This document shows, piece after piece, positions 39,090 to 48,946 of a stretch of DNA of 64,000 bases. Under the pieces are notes generated by a model that saw only the letters and a list, made by a program, of their open reading frames with translations, did not search any database and was not told the DNA's origin. A program made the position numbers and the translations under genes. The stretch spans positions 192,001 to 256,000 of the forward strand of contig CAXWPH010000007.1 of NCBI GenBank assembly GCA_963666055.2, written 5' to 3'. How positions within the stretch are numbered: the first letter of the stretch is position 1; every line of letters begins with the position of its first letter. Origin of the DNA: Acidobacteriota bacterium. GTDB taxonomy: Bacteria > Acidobacteriota > UBA890 > WLXD01.

Positions 39090-40651
39090 TGCTCCCGCCA
39101 CATCGGGTAAAGGTTCTGGGTCAGCGGATGCCCGAGACTAACCGCATAGCCATGCAGGTCGTCACGCTGGGCCGACAGTCCGACCATGGTGACGCTGACG
39201 GCAAAGGGCATGTCCTCCAGCCACAGCGCCTCGACCTGCCGATAGAGAGCACATCGAATCTCCGCGTCGAGCTCCTCGGCAGCGGCTTCGAGCAGGGCGT
39301 CCATCTCGGGATCCTGATACCAGGCAAAGTTGTTGCCACCGTTGCCCGCCTGCCCTGAATGGGCCAGCGAGTAGAGAAAATGATGTGCCTCCGGGCCGGG
39401 GGCGAACAGCCATATCGTGCCGATGTCTGTGGAAGTCTCCAGCCGCGAGTAGTTCTCCACCTTGGCATCCCACTCAATGTCTACAGCGGTCACACGTATG
39501 CCGAGCTGCGCCGCGCCGGCGCGCATGATCTCGAAGATCGGCGTCTCACCGGTGGTGCCCTCGAACGCCATCGTGAGCTCGACCTGATCCGTATCGATCC
39601 CGGCCTCGGCGATCAGACGCCGCGCCTCGTCGAGGTCGGTGCGGGGGCGCGGTGAGTCGAGGCTGGCGCACTCGGCGCGAGCCGGCAGCACCCCGCGCGG
39701 CCACTCGGCGTTACCGCGCATGAGGTGCTCGAGATGCCCCTCGTAGTCGTAGCTGAGCGCCAGAGCCCGGCGTACGCGCGCATCGGCCAGATGCCGACTC
39801 TGGGAGTTGAACGCGATGTAGAGCTGATTGAGCGTCGGATCGCGGTTCACTACGATGCCGGGCTCGCCGACGAGGGCCTCGAGGGTGTCGGCACTCGATA
39901 GGTAGATCCAGTCGGCGTCGCCGTTGACCAGCGCGATACGCCGCGCCGCCTCCTCGCGAATGACGCGGAACACCGCGCTGTCGATGTGCCGCTCGCCCCA
40001 ACCACCGTGGTACGCGGGAAAGCGCTCGACGGTGAACTGCTGCTGCGGCTGGAAGGAGACCAGTCGATACGGCCCCGCGCCCGCATCGTGCGTCTGCAGC
40101 CAGCGCTGGCCGAGGTCGCCCTCGAACTCATTGGCACGAATGAGGTCGGCGTTGGCAATGTACAGACGGGTCATGGCGCCCAGGAACCCGGGGAAGGGCG
40201 CATACAGGTCGACGGCAACGTGCCATGGGTCGAGCACCTCGGCGCCGCTCACCGGTGTCAGATAGGCCCAGACACCGATCTTCAAGGTCAGCATGCGGTC
40301 GATGGTGTACTTCACGTCCTCAGCCAGAACCGGCGTGCCGTCGTGGAAGCGAGCCGCGTCGCGCAGCGTGAACACGTACCTACGACCATCGTCGGTTACC
40401 TTGAACGACTCCGCCAGATCGGGGCGCAACTCCGTGCTGCCGGGCTCGTACTGAACCAGCGCGCTGTACAGGTTGATGATCGGGTTGTCGACGCGACTAT
40501 CGAGCGCCGCCACCGGATCGAGCGTCGGCGGAATCCCCTCGGTGAGCAGCACCAGGTGCAATCGGTCGACGGCCGGCGCGCACCCCAGCGACGCGGCGAC
40601 AAGCGCCGCCGCAATCATCGAGGCGTGGCGACGTGGTGACGCTGTCAACAC
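39086..40651 (-). CDS. Peptide ABC substrate-binding lipoprotein (family 5)
   Basis: TLDP, PDLAES, FHDGTP..AEDVKY and GAGPY motifs; lipobox SLGC. Start uncertain. Confidence 0.9.
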   Translation of the reverse strand: MLTASPRRHASMIAAALVAASLGCAPAVDRLHLVLLTEGIPPTLDPVAALDSRVDNPIINLYSALVQYEPGSTELRPDLAESFKVTDDGRRYVFTLRDAARFHDGTPVLAEDVKYTIDRMLTLKIGVWAYLTPVSGAEVLDPWHVAVDLYAPFPGFLGAMTRLYIANADLIRANEFEGDLGQRWLQTHDAGAGPYRLVSFQPQQQFTVERFPAYHGGWGERHIDSAVFRVIREEAARRIALVNGDADWIYLSSADTLEALVGEPGIVVNRDPTLNQLYIAFNSQSRHLADARVRRALALSYDYEGHLEHLMRGNAEWPRGVLPARAECASLDSPRPRTDLDEARRLIAEAGIDTDQVELTMAFEGTTGETPIFEIMRAGAAQLGIRVTAVDIEWDAKVENYSRLETSTDIGTIWLFAPGPEAHHFLYSLAHSGQAGNGGNNFAWYQDPEMDALLEAAAEELDAEIRCALYRQVEALWLEDMPFAVSVTMVGLSAQRDDLHGYAVSLGHPLTQNLYPMWREQ

Positions 40652-40830
40652 GCGGTGCCGATAGCGGCGGCTCGGGTAGAAGATGCGAACAAGCGCCTCC
40701 CGCGGGTGAGACCTCGAGTCGTGTCGGCTCGAGCCCACGTCCCATGGACGCCCGGTTCTCCGGAACACGAGTGTAGGTCGTAATATTGTATCCAACTTAT
40801 CCCGACACCACGCAAAGAGGGCGCGCTCCG

Positions 40831-42192
40831 GTGATCCGACGCATGGCGCAGCTGGCAGTCATCCTCTCCCTGCTGGGTTGCGCCCTGCCCGCTGGCGCTG
40901 CCCAGGACGACGTGCGCATGCTCGACGCCCGCGCGCGGTTCGAGACGCTGAACCTGATACGGGCGGACAAGTTCGACCTGATCCTCCCCGGTGCCATGCG
41001 CGACAACAACATCGATATGTGGATCCATGTGATCCGCTTGGGCAACCCCGACCCGCTGGAGCTCGATCTGGGCGCCGAGTTCGGCACCTTCGTGTTCAGT
41101 GATCGCGGCGGCGATCGCATCGAGCGCGCCTTGCTCGGCGGCTTCGGCAGGGGGCCGGGCATGCGCCAGACCTACGATATCTTCGGCTCGCTGGGCGACC
41201 TGCGACAGATGGTCGATGAGCGCGACCCGCAACGCATCGCCATCAACATGTCGTCCTGGCTGGGGGTTGCCGACGGCCTGTCACACACCGACTACGAGCG
41301 CATCACTGCGGAGCTGGGACCCTACGCGGAGCGCCTGGTGTCTTCCGGACAGCTGATCACCGACTTTCGGGTGCGTCGGGTCGAGCGTGAGATCGCCGCC
41401 TTCTCGACCGCCGGAGAGATCACCCGCCGCCTGAACGAGCGGGCGCTGAGCAACGAGGTGATCACACCTGGCGTCACCACCCGGGAGGACGTCGCCTGGT
41501 GGGTGCAGGAGCGCCTGCTGGAGATGGGCCTGCGCTCGTCTTTCGGCATCAGCGCCCCCGGGATTCTCTATTCGGCCGCGGCCAACAATGGCGGCGGCGG
41601 CGGCCGCAGCGACGTCATCCGACGCGGCGACTTCCTGTCGTACGACATGGGCGTCCGCTATCTGAACTTCGGCACCGACTTCAAACGCCACGCCTACATC
41701 ATGCCCGATGGAGAGACCGAGGTACCGGATTTCATCCAGCACGCCTGGGACCGCGGCCATTTCGCTCGCCAGGTGATCAAGGACAACATCAAGGTCGGAC
41801 GCACCGCCGGCGAGACGCTCGCCCACCTCGCGCGGGTTTTCGAGGACCTCGACTACGTATACACGCCGTTTACCGATGTCGGCGACGAGGACCGCGCCAT
41901 CATCGCGGCGCTGGAGGACGACCCGCGCTCCGGCATCTCGATCGACTGCCATACGGTGGGCAACACCGGCAACAGCGAGGTCGCGGTGGGACCGTCGTTG
42001 GCGCCCTTCCGCCCGGATCGCGCCGACGTTGTGATTCAGCCGAACAACATCTTCTCGCTCGAGTTCGTCGTCCACACGGCGATTCCGGGCGGCACTCGGC
42101 TGGCGATCAACTTCGAGGACAACGCCATCGTCACCGAGCACGGTGTCGAGTGGCTGTATCCGCCGAACTCACGCATCTTGATCGTCCGCTGA
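40831..42192 (+). CDS. Secreted M24 family metallopeptidase, close paralog of 6149-7543
   Basis: Shares long stretches such as YDMG.RYLNFGTDFKRHAY and RLAINFEDNAIVT..GVEWLYPPNSR. Confidence 0.88.
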   Translation: MIRRMAQLAVILSLLGCALPAGAAQDDVRMLDARARFETLNLIRADKFDLILPGAMRDNNIDMWIHVIRLGNPDPLELDLGAEFGTFVFSDRGGDRIERALLGGFGRGPGMRQTYDIFGSLGDLRQMVDERDPQRIAINMSSWLGVADGLSHTDYERITAELGPYAERLVSSGQLITDFRVRRVEREIAAFSTAGEITRRLNERALSNEVITPGVTTREDVAWWVQERLLEMGLRSSFGISAPGILYSAAANNGGGGGRSDVIRRGDFLSYDMGVRYLNFGTDFKRHAYIMPDGETEVPDFIQHAWDRGHFARQVIKDNIKVGRTAGETLAHLARVFEDLDYVYTPFTDVGDEDRAIIAALEDDPRSGISIDCHTVGNTGNSEVAVGPSLAPFRPDRADVVIQPNNIFSLEFVVHTAIPGGTRLAINFEDNAIVTEHGVEWLYPPNSRILIVR

Positions 42193-43055
42193 TGGACCTC
42201 CGCGTGAAGCGCCCGGGAGCCTTCTTGCTGACGCTGGCGCTGACCGCATGTGGCGGTGCACCGCAGTCGCAGGAATCGTCGAGCGCCGCCGACGGACCGC
42301 TCGACACAGAGCGAGGGACCGACGCTGAATCCGTCATCGGGCCACCCGATGGCATGCACCCCTTCTACCGCAAGTACCTCGACGCCGAAGGGGTGGCGAT
42401 CGTCAGCTCCGCAGCGGTTCCCGACGCGGCGCTGGTCGCGGCTCGACGGAACATCCTGCACCTGCTGAGCAGTCGGCCCGATGTGCACCAGGCGATGCTG
42501 CACCAGGTGCCGCGCATCTCGATCATGGCGATCTCGGAGACCGCCTCCGATTTGCCCGAGTTCGGCGCCAGCGCCGACGGCGAGTGGGGCCTCGGGCAGA
42601 TGCCCGGCGACCCGACCAGCCTCGTTTCAGAGCGCGGCATCTGCTATCCGGGCAACACCGAGTATCGTGCGAACTTCCTGCTGCACGAGTTCGTTCATGT
42701 AATGCAGAACCTGGGCTGGGCGACCACCGATCCGGGGGTCGAAGACGAGATCTTCGCGGCCTACCGGGCGGCGGTGGCGCGGGGGGAATTCGACGCCCCG
42801 GTCGGCGAGCCCGCGAACGTCACCCCGGCCGAGGCCTTCGGCGACGACGAGTACCTGACCCACAACGTCAACGCTTGGTTCGATCTCAACGAGTCGCTGC
42901 CGGGGCCCTGGGTCGACGTGCAGATCGGCGATAACGGGCCGCCTTCGGGCACTCGCGAGGAGCTTCGCCAGCGCGACCCGACGCTGTACGCGCTCATCGA
43001 GCGGTTCGTGCCCGACTCGCTGGGCGATCTGATGGACGGCTGTGCTGGGCGCTAG
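42192..43055 (+). CDS. HExxH gluzincin-like metallopeptidase lipoprotein
   Basis: Lipobox LTAC; FYRKY..., LLHEFVH, DEYL, TREEL..RDP motifs. Confidence 0.8.
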   Translation: MDLRVKRPGAFLLTLALTACGGAPQSQESSSAADGPLDTERGTDAESVIGPPDGMHPFYRKYLDAEGVAIVSSAAVPDAALVAARRNILHLLSSRPDVHQAMLHQVPRISIMAISETASDLPEFGASADGEWGLGQMPGDPTSLVSERGICYPGNTEYRANFLLHEFVHVMQNLGWATTDPGVEDEIFAAYRAAVARGEFDAPVGEPANVTPAEAFGDDEYLTHNVNAWFDLNESLPGPWVDVQIGDNGPPSGTREELRQRDPTLYALIERFVPDSLGDLMDGCAGR

Positions 43056-45015
43056 CCGGCTGCTGGTGCTGGGCGCAGTCTTAGCAGCAGCACTCGGGAG
43101 CGGGGACGCCAACGCGCAAACGACCGGCGACCAGGAGACTCAACAGACTGACGACGCCAGCTCCGAAACGCCTGAGCTGCTGCGCATCTACTCCACCGCA
43201 ACCGTCATCGATCGTCCGATCTCCTCGGCGACCTCGGCAGTGTTCGTGATCGAGCGTGCGACCATCGAAGCGCTGGCGGCGCGTTCCGCCGCCGAGCTGC
43301 TGCGATTCGTCCCCGGCGTGCAATTGCTCACCGACGGCTCGCGCGGCGGCTCGACGGCAGCGCAGATACGTGGCGGCGACCCCAACTTCACGCTCGTGCT
43401 GCTCGATGGCATCCCGCTCAACGACACCAACGACCAGCAGGGCGGCGCCTTCAACCTCAACAGCCTGCCGACGGAGACGATCGAGCGCATCGAGGTGGTT
43501 TCCGGTCCGCTGTCGGCACACTTCGGCTCCACCGGTCTGGCTGGCGCCATCAACATCATCACGCGTGTCGGGTCAGCTGGCGCAGCCGCCCCGGGGAGCG
43601 GCGGGCCGTCGATCAGTGCTGCGATCGAAGGCGGTTCAGCCTCGTTGATTCGGGCCTCGACGCGGATCAGCAACTGGAAGCAGAGCCACGACTATTCGGC
43701 CGCGCTGCAATTCGAGCGTGAGCAGGGACGCGTCGGCGAGGACCGCTTCGAACAGTTCGACGCGCAGGCGCGGCTTGGTCTGCGGCCCACGGCGACCACT
43801 GATCTTCAGCTTACCGGTCGCGTCGCCAGCTGGGACGCCGATGACTACCCTGTCGCCTCCGGCGGGCCGATCTTCGGGTCTGGCGAGCTGCGAGCGTCGC
43901 ATAACGACGAGCTCAGCCTGGGCGCCGATCTGACCGTGAGTCCGACCGATCGACGGCAGTTCCGCTTCAACGCCTCCGTTTACCGTCACACGCTCGAACG
44001 AACCAGCCCGGCGGTGCCGCCGCTGGTGCCGGCTGCGGTCGAGGACGCCCGCTTCACGCGCGCCCGGCTGGGTGCCTCGGCGGTCTTCCGGACCTCCGAC
44101 GTGGGCTTCGTAAGCGCCGGGTTCGATGTGACCCGGGAGAGCGGCGACGTCGCCAGCGTCCTGGCGTTGCCGCCCTTTCTGGGCGGCGACATAGCCGGTA
44201 ACTACAACATCGCCCGGACTGTCGGCGGCCCTTTCGCCGAACTCGTGTTGGAGCTCGATGACGTCGTTATCGAGGTTGGCACCCGATTGGACTTCTCGGA
44301 CAGTAGCGACCCGCAGTTCAGCCCACGGTTCGGTATCGCCTACCGGACCGGCAGCGACACACGGATTCGCGCCTCAATCGGCCGCGCCTTCAAGCTGCCC
44401 AGCTTCTTCGCCCTCGCCAGCCCCCGGGCGCTCGGCGGCAACCCGGATCTGCTTCCCGAAACCTCATGGGGCGCCGACATCGGCCTGCAACACGAGTGGC
44501 GCGGTGCCGGCGTGAGCTTTGGGCTGACGGCCTTCTACAACCGCTTCAACGATCTCGTCGACTTCGATTTCGAGACCTTTCAGAACATCAATCGCAATGC
44601 CGTGGAGACGCGCGGCGCGGAGATGAGCCTCGGATGGCGAGCCGACGATCGCTTCAACGTCGCCGTCACCGTCACCCGCCAGGAAGTCGAAGACCTGAGT
44701 TCCCCGGAGCCGTTGTTGCAGCGACCCGAGTGGCTGTCGAGCCTTCGCGCCACCTGGAGAGCACACCATCGAGTGCTGCTGGCGCTCGACGTCCAGCAGG
44801 TTGCCGGCAGCTTCGACCGCCAGCTTCCTGTCCCCGGTCGAGACCGTGTCGATGGTCGCACGCTGCTGGGGATGAGCGGCTCATGGGAGCTCGCGCCGCA
44901 GGTCGCCGTCGTGGCGCGAGCCGACAACCTCGCCAACGCCAGCTATGAGACGCTCATCGGGTTCCCGGGGCCCTCGCGATCGCTTCGAGTCGGGATTCGA
45001 TACACCAGGCGCTAG
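43042..45015 (+). CDS. TonB-dependent receptor (BtuB/CirA-like)
   Basis: IRGG, LVLLDGIPLN, IERIEVVSGP, GAINIIT and GNPDLLPE motifs. Confidence 0.88.
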   Translation: MLGASRLLVLGAVLAAALGSGDANAQTTGDQETQQTDDASSETPELLRIYSTATVIDRPISSATSAVFVIERATIEALAARSAAELLRFVPGVQLLTDGSRGGSTAAQIRGGDPNFTLVLLDGIPLNDTNDQQGGAFNLNSLPTETIERIEVVSGPLSAHFGSTGLAGAINIITRVGSAGAAAPGSGGPSISAAIEGGSASLIRASTRISNWKQSHDYSAALQFEREQGRVGEDRFEQFDAQARLGLRPTATTDLQLTGRVASWDADDYPVASGGPIFGSGELRASHNDELSLGADLTVSPTDRRQFRFNASVYRHTLERTSPAVPPLVPAAVEDARFTRARLGASAVFRTSDVGFVSAGFDVTRESGDVASVLALPPFLGGDIAGNYNIARTVGGPFAELVLELDDVVIEVGTRLDFSDSSDPQFSPRFGIAYRTGSDTRIRASIGRAFKLPSFFALASPRALGGNPDLLPETSWGADIGLQHEWRGAGVSFGLTAFYNRFNDLVDFDFETFQNINRNAVETRGAEMSLGWRADDRFNVAVTVTRQEVEDLSSPEPLLQRPEWLSSLRATWRAHHRVLLALDVQQVAGSFDRQLPVPGRDRVDGRTLLGMSGSWELAPQVAVVARADNLANASYETLIGFPGPSRSLRVGIRYTRR

Positions 45016-45086
45016 CGCGCGGGATCGTCGACGGCGTGGCCGTCCGAATAGTGTGAAACGAACGAGCCCGCCCCGAAAGGTTGCGC

Positions 45087-45123
45087 TTGATGTAAAGGAC
45101 AAGCTCCTTACTATTGTAAGGGA
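45087..45123 (+). promoter_or_regulatory. Sigma70-like promoter with overlapping operator palindrome
   Basis: TTGATG-N16-TACTAT, overlapped by CCTTAC-TATT-GTAAGG. Confidence 0.6.
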
Positions 45124-45183
45124 ATGGCGAAAGTGGCAGGGCGCCTCTACGGCACGGTCCGGATCGTCAACCCCTTCGAATGA
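45124..45183 (+). pseudogene. Collapsed AbrB/VapB-PIN toxin-antitoxin remnant (19 aa)
   Basis: MAKV (AbrB/MazE-type start) joined to GRLYGTVRIVNPFE* (PIN toxin-type C-terminus). Confidence 0.55.
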
Positions 45184-45189
45184 CGTTCC

Positions 45190-46473
45190 TCAGGCGTGCA
45201 GCCGCCGGATCCTCGGAATGGCCCAGAGGACAAGCCCGAACGACACCGGGTGCAGCAGGCTGACGATAGCGAATATCGGTGCGTAGCTGCCCGACGAGGC
45301 CAGAATCCAGCCCACCAGGGCGGCGAAGGCCATGCCGCCGAAGGCGCCGGCGGAGCCGATCAGGCCGGCCACCGAACCCACCTGGCTCTTAGGGTAGAGG
45401 TCGGCGGGGAGCGTCTGCACGACGACGTTCCAGATCTGATGGCCCATGAAGGCCAGGCTGATGAACAGGATGGCAACGCCCGCTGGAACGGAAACCACCA
45501 GCGCCGCCGCCGGCATGAGCGCGGCGCCGAGCCCGAGGGTGATCTTGCGGGCGCGATCGAGGCTCTGCCCGCCGCTCAGCAAACGACTCGACAGCCAGCC
45601 GCCGAAGAGGCTGCCCAGACCTGCTGCCGCATACGGGATCCAGGCGAAGTAGCCGACCTCGGCGATGTTGAAGCCGCGCACGTCGAACAGATACTTGGGG
45701 ATCCAGAAGATGTAGAAGTACCAGACCGGATCGGTGAGGAACTTGATCACCAGCAGACAGCGCAGCTCGCGGTGTGCGAACAGCGCCAGCCAGCGCGGTG
45801 CCTCTTCGGCAGCGCCGTCGGCCTCCTCGCCGGCGCCCCCGGCCTCCTCGCGGTGCGCCACGCTGATGAGCTCCAGCTCCTCGGGGGTGATGCGTGGGTG
45901 CTCGTGCGGGAGCCGGTAGAAGAACGCCCAGTACAGACACCAGAGCAGCCCCAGCCCGCCGGCGACAAAGAACACCCAGCGCCAGCCCAGGGCGATCATG
46001 ATGAAGCTGAACAGCGGCACTGCGATCACCGAGCCGATGCTCGACCCGGTGTTGAACAGCCCGAAGGCAGTGGAGCGCTCGCGCGCCGGGAACCACTCCG
46101 ACACCGCCTTGCTCGAGGCGGGGAATCCCCCACCCTCCCCCATGCCGAGCAGGAACCGCGACACGGCGAGGCCGAGGAAGCTGTTGGAGAAGCCATGGGC
46201 GATCACTGCGAGCGCCCAGAAAACATTGATCAGAAGGAAGCCTGTGTAGGTTCCGAGTCGGTCGACCAGCCGCCCGCCCACGGCGTACATGATGGCGTAG
46301 GCGAACAGGAACAGGCTATTGAGAGTGGCGTACTGCGACTCGCTGATCGACAGCGCCACCTGCACCTGGATGATCACCACCGACAGGGTCATCCGGTCCA
46401 TGTAGTTGTTGACCGTGTCGAGCGTCACGACGCCGGCAACGCGCCAGCGGATGTTCTTGATCGTGCGGGCCAT
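45190..46473 (-). CDS. MFS transporter, ExuT-like hexuronate (ACS) family
   Basis: NYMDR, EWFPARERSTAFG and FLTDPVWYFY.FWIP motifs. Confidence 0.9.
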   Translation of the reverse strand: MARTIKNIRWRVAGVVTLDTVNNYMDRMTLSVVIIQVQVALSISESQYATLNSLFLFAYAIMYAVGGRLVDRLGTYTGFLLINVFWALAVIAHGFSNSFLGLAVSRFLLGMGEGGGFPASSKAVSEWFPARERSTAFGLFNTGSSIGSVIAVPLFSFIMIALGWRWVFFVAGGLGLLWCLYWAFFYRLPHEHPRITPEELELISVAHREEAGGAGEEADGAAEEAPRWLALFAHRELRCLLVIKFLTDPVWYFYIFWIPKYLFDVRGFNIAEVGYFAWIPYAAAGLGSLFGGWLSSRLLSGGQSLDRARKITLGLGAALMPAAALVVSVPAGVAILFISLAFMGHQIWNVVVQTLPADLYPKSQVGSVAGLIGSAGAFGGMAFAALVGWILASSGSYAPIFAIVSLLHPVSFGLVLWAIPRIRRLHA

Positions 46474-46478
46474 GCCTG

Positions 46479-47513
46479 CTAGCGGCGCACCCACTCGAGC
46501 CGCGCGACGCGATAGCCGCTGAGATCTGGCATCACCGCGGTGACGTAGTAGCTGTCGGCCTCGCGGACAACCCAGGTGGCCTCACTGTCCAGCGTCGTCA
46601 CCAGGTAGCGGTCATCACCGACACCGAAGTCGAGCGGATCGGTGGATCGGTAAACAGAGGTCAGCATGCGCCCCCCGCCTGCCGGGCTCGAGTGCGTTCG
46701 GAACAGATAGTACGCCTGTGCTTCATCGATCCACAGCACGGCGGGCACCTCGCCATCGAACCAATCGCTACCGGCGCTACCACCTGCCGAGACGATGATC
46801 GACTCGCTCCAGGTCATCAGGTCGGGTGAGGTGCGTGCATAGACCGATCCCACTCCGCCCGGGTTGGCGGTGTAGTAGACATAGTAGGTGTCATCGAACT
46901 GCGTGATCATCGGATCGCGCGTGCTGTTGCCCAGCCCCTCATCGAACGCCCCGGCGATGCCGTCGCCGCCGATCTGGCGAGTGAACTCCTTGCCATCAGG
47001 GCTGCGAGCGAAGCAAATATGCTCCCAGTCTCCGTAGGCAAGAATCCATTCGTCGCCGATCCGCGTTGCGTGCGGCGACTGCAGGCCGCCGGGAGTCTCG
47101 CCGACGCTCGAGTCGGCCATCATGGCGATGCCGACAGGCTGCCAGTCGATGTCCGTAATGCGAGCACCTTCCCAGCGAAAGAAGAGCCGAGTATTGCCGC
47201 CGACGTTGGTCTTGCGGATACAACCCCACAGCTGCCAAGTTCCGTCGGCCGCCTGCCAAACGCCGAAGGCGGTGGGCTCCTGCTCCGCGCTGGTGAACTC
47301 GCCCAGATCCGGATTGCCGGCGATCCGCCACCACTCGCCGCTGATCTCCGGTACCAGCACACCGGCCGCAACTTCCTCCACCTCACCCTCTGGCTGACCA
47401 CACGCCTGCATCGCGCCGCCGAGCAGCGCCGCGACCATGATCCAGACCACAGGTGAGCTCTCGATGCCTGCAACCATCAACCCAGGCAGCGGCTTCGGCC
47501 TCGGGTCTGGCAT
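46479..47513 (-). CDS. GH32/GH43-like five-bladed beta-propeller lipoprotein
   Basis: WQAADGTWQLW, SPH, RDPM and SPDLMTWS motifs; probable lipobox MQAC. Confidence 0.7.
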   Translation of the reverse strand: MPDPRPKPLPGLMVAGIESSPVVWIMVAALLGGAMQACGQPEGEVEEVAAGVLVPEISGEWWRIAGNPDLGEFTSAEQEPTAFGVWQAADGTWQLWGCIRKTNVGGNTRLFFRWEGARITDIDWQPVGIAMMADSSVGETPGGLQSPHATRIGDEWILAYGDWEHICFARSPDGKEFTRQIGGDGIAGAFDEGLGNSTRDPMITQFDDTYYVYYTANPGGVGSVYARTSPDLMTWSESIIVSAGGSAGSDWFDGEVPAVLWIDEAQAYYLFRTHSSPAGGGRMLTSVYRSTDPLDFGVGDDRYLVTTLDSEATWVVREADSYYVTAVMPDLSGYRVARLEWVRR

Positions 47514-47518
47514 CGGCG

Positions 47519-48886
47519 TCAGCGAATTACGTGCCAGTCGGGAGCTCGATTCAGGAACTCGAAGCCGTTCTCGGTAAAGGCCACTATCTGACCGTGACCG
47601 AGCTCCAGACCTTGCTCGCCCCAGCCTTCGATGGTGACATCGATATGCGGTTCGAAGGCATAGAGGGTGTTGTGGTGCAGCGTGTGGTCGTTGGTAACGA
47701 TCGACGTCGACGCGTAGCCCGGGCCCGACGTCATGCCTACCACCGCGGTCTTGGTCGACAGCATCCAGCCGTCACGGTGGAAACGAAGCATGTATTTCGG
47801 CGGTGGATGAAAGTCGTTGGTCGGCGGACCAGCCAGGTTGTCGGGGAACGTCAAGGCGTCGGAGGCCGCAACGATCTCCTTGCCGGTGCGCCCGACCTTG
47901 AACTCGGCGGCGAACTGATCCTGGATTGCATTGGCCGTGTTGAGCGCATCCACCAGCTCGACAGGAACCTCCGTCTCGCCGTCGCGCAGCACATAGGCGT
48001 ATTGATGCGTATCGGTAACCAAGCCAAACATGAACACGTCGGTGTCGACTCGTAGCACATCACCGCGTCGGATCACCACGTCGATATCGTTGCGGGTGCG
48101 GGCGCCAACGACATGCTCCATCGGGTCGTCGTACTTCTCGATGTCCGCCAGACTACGCTGGATCGAGATGCTCGGGTGGTTCTCGTGCTCGATCCCCAGG
48201 TCGAGCATCCGTTGGCGGAACCACCAGTTGAGATCGTCCGTCGTGGTCACGTTCGGAGTGACGGTGGCGCTCGATAACGCCTCGGCGATGATCTCGTTCG
48301 CCAGTCCCACGACATCGCGGAAGCGCTCGATCATCTCCGGGCTTACGGTCTCGTACCAGCGCACACCGAGCGTCCACGAATCGATCGTGCGCGAGGCATA
48401 GCTTCCCAGCGCTGTGAGCATCGGCTCATTGTCGAATAGGCTGATCGCGATAGTGTCGGGATCACGTTCGGCAACGAGCTCGCCAATGTGGTCGTAGCTG
48501 CGCGGCTCGACGTACTCGATCTCATCGCCGTTGTCGTAGAACAGCAGGAACACCGGCTTCGAGTCGCCGTACTGGCCGTCGAAGATCATGCCTCGCAGAT
48601 CCGCTGGTACCAGTGACGAATAAACCGGCCCCTCGTTGTTGTAATAGAGGTCGGCCTCGTTGTCGCGAATGATCCACAGATCGACGCCCTGCTCACGCAT
48701 GACCATCGGGAGCACATTTCCCCGCTTCCACTGGGTCCAGCGTTCGGCAATCTCGACGCGCTCACGCAGCGGCGGCAATCTGCTGGCGTGGGGTCCCTCG
48801 GTGGCTTGCCGGGGCGGGGGCGCCACCTGACAGCCGGACACGGCTACGGCGATGACGGTCGTCGTCCAAAGAACTCGCGGGCGCAT
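47519..48886 (-). CDS. Divergent M24 family metallopeptidase lipoprotein
   Basis: MREQGVDLWI, TTTDDLNWW, RRGDVLRVD..TD..YAYVLR motifs; lipobox VSGC. Confidence 0.8.
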   Translation of the reverse strand: MRPRVLWTTTVIAVAVSGCQVAPPPRQATEGPHASRLPPLRERVEIAERWTQWKRGNVLPMVMREQGVDLWIIRDNEADLYYNNEGPVYSSLVPADLRGMIFDGQYGDSKPVFLLFYDNGDEIEYVEPRSYDHIGELVAERDPDTIAISLFDNEPMLTALGSYASRTIDSWTLGVRWYETVSPEMIERFRDVVGLANEIIAEALSSATVTPNVTTTDDLNWWFRQRMLDLGIEHENHPSISIQRSLADIEKYDDPMEHVVGARTRNDIDVVIRRGDVLRVDTDVFMFGLVTDTHQYAYVLRDGETEVPVELVDALNTANAIQDQFAAEFKVGRTGKEIVAASDALTFPDNLAGPPTNDFHPPPKYMLRFHRDGWMLSTKTAVVGMTSGPGYASTSIVTNDHTLHHNTLYAFEPHIDVTIEGWGEQGLELGHGQIVAFTENGFEFLNRAPDWHVIR

Positions 48887-48946
48887 GCTACCTCTCCTCG
48901 GGACCCGATCGCGCCTTGGACGACGGGCGACCGGCATTTTCGGACC

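Noticed and set aside
42990-43060. Cobalamin riboswitch for the BtuB-like receptor
   Set aside because: No intergenic space; the receptor overlaps the upstream gene, so its substrate is left unassigned.
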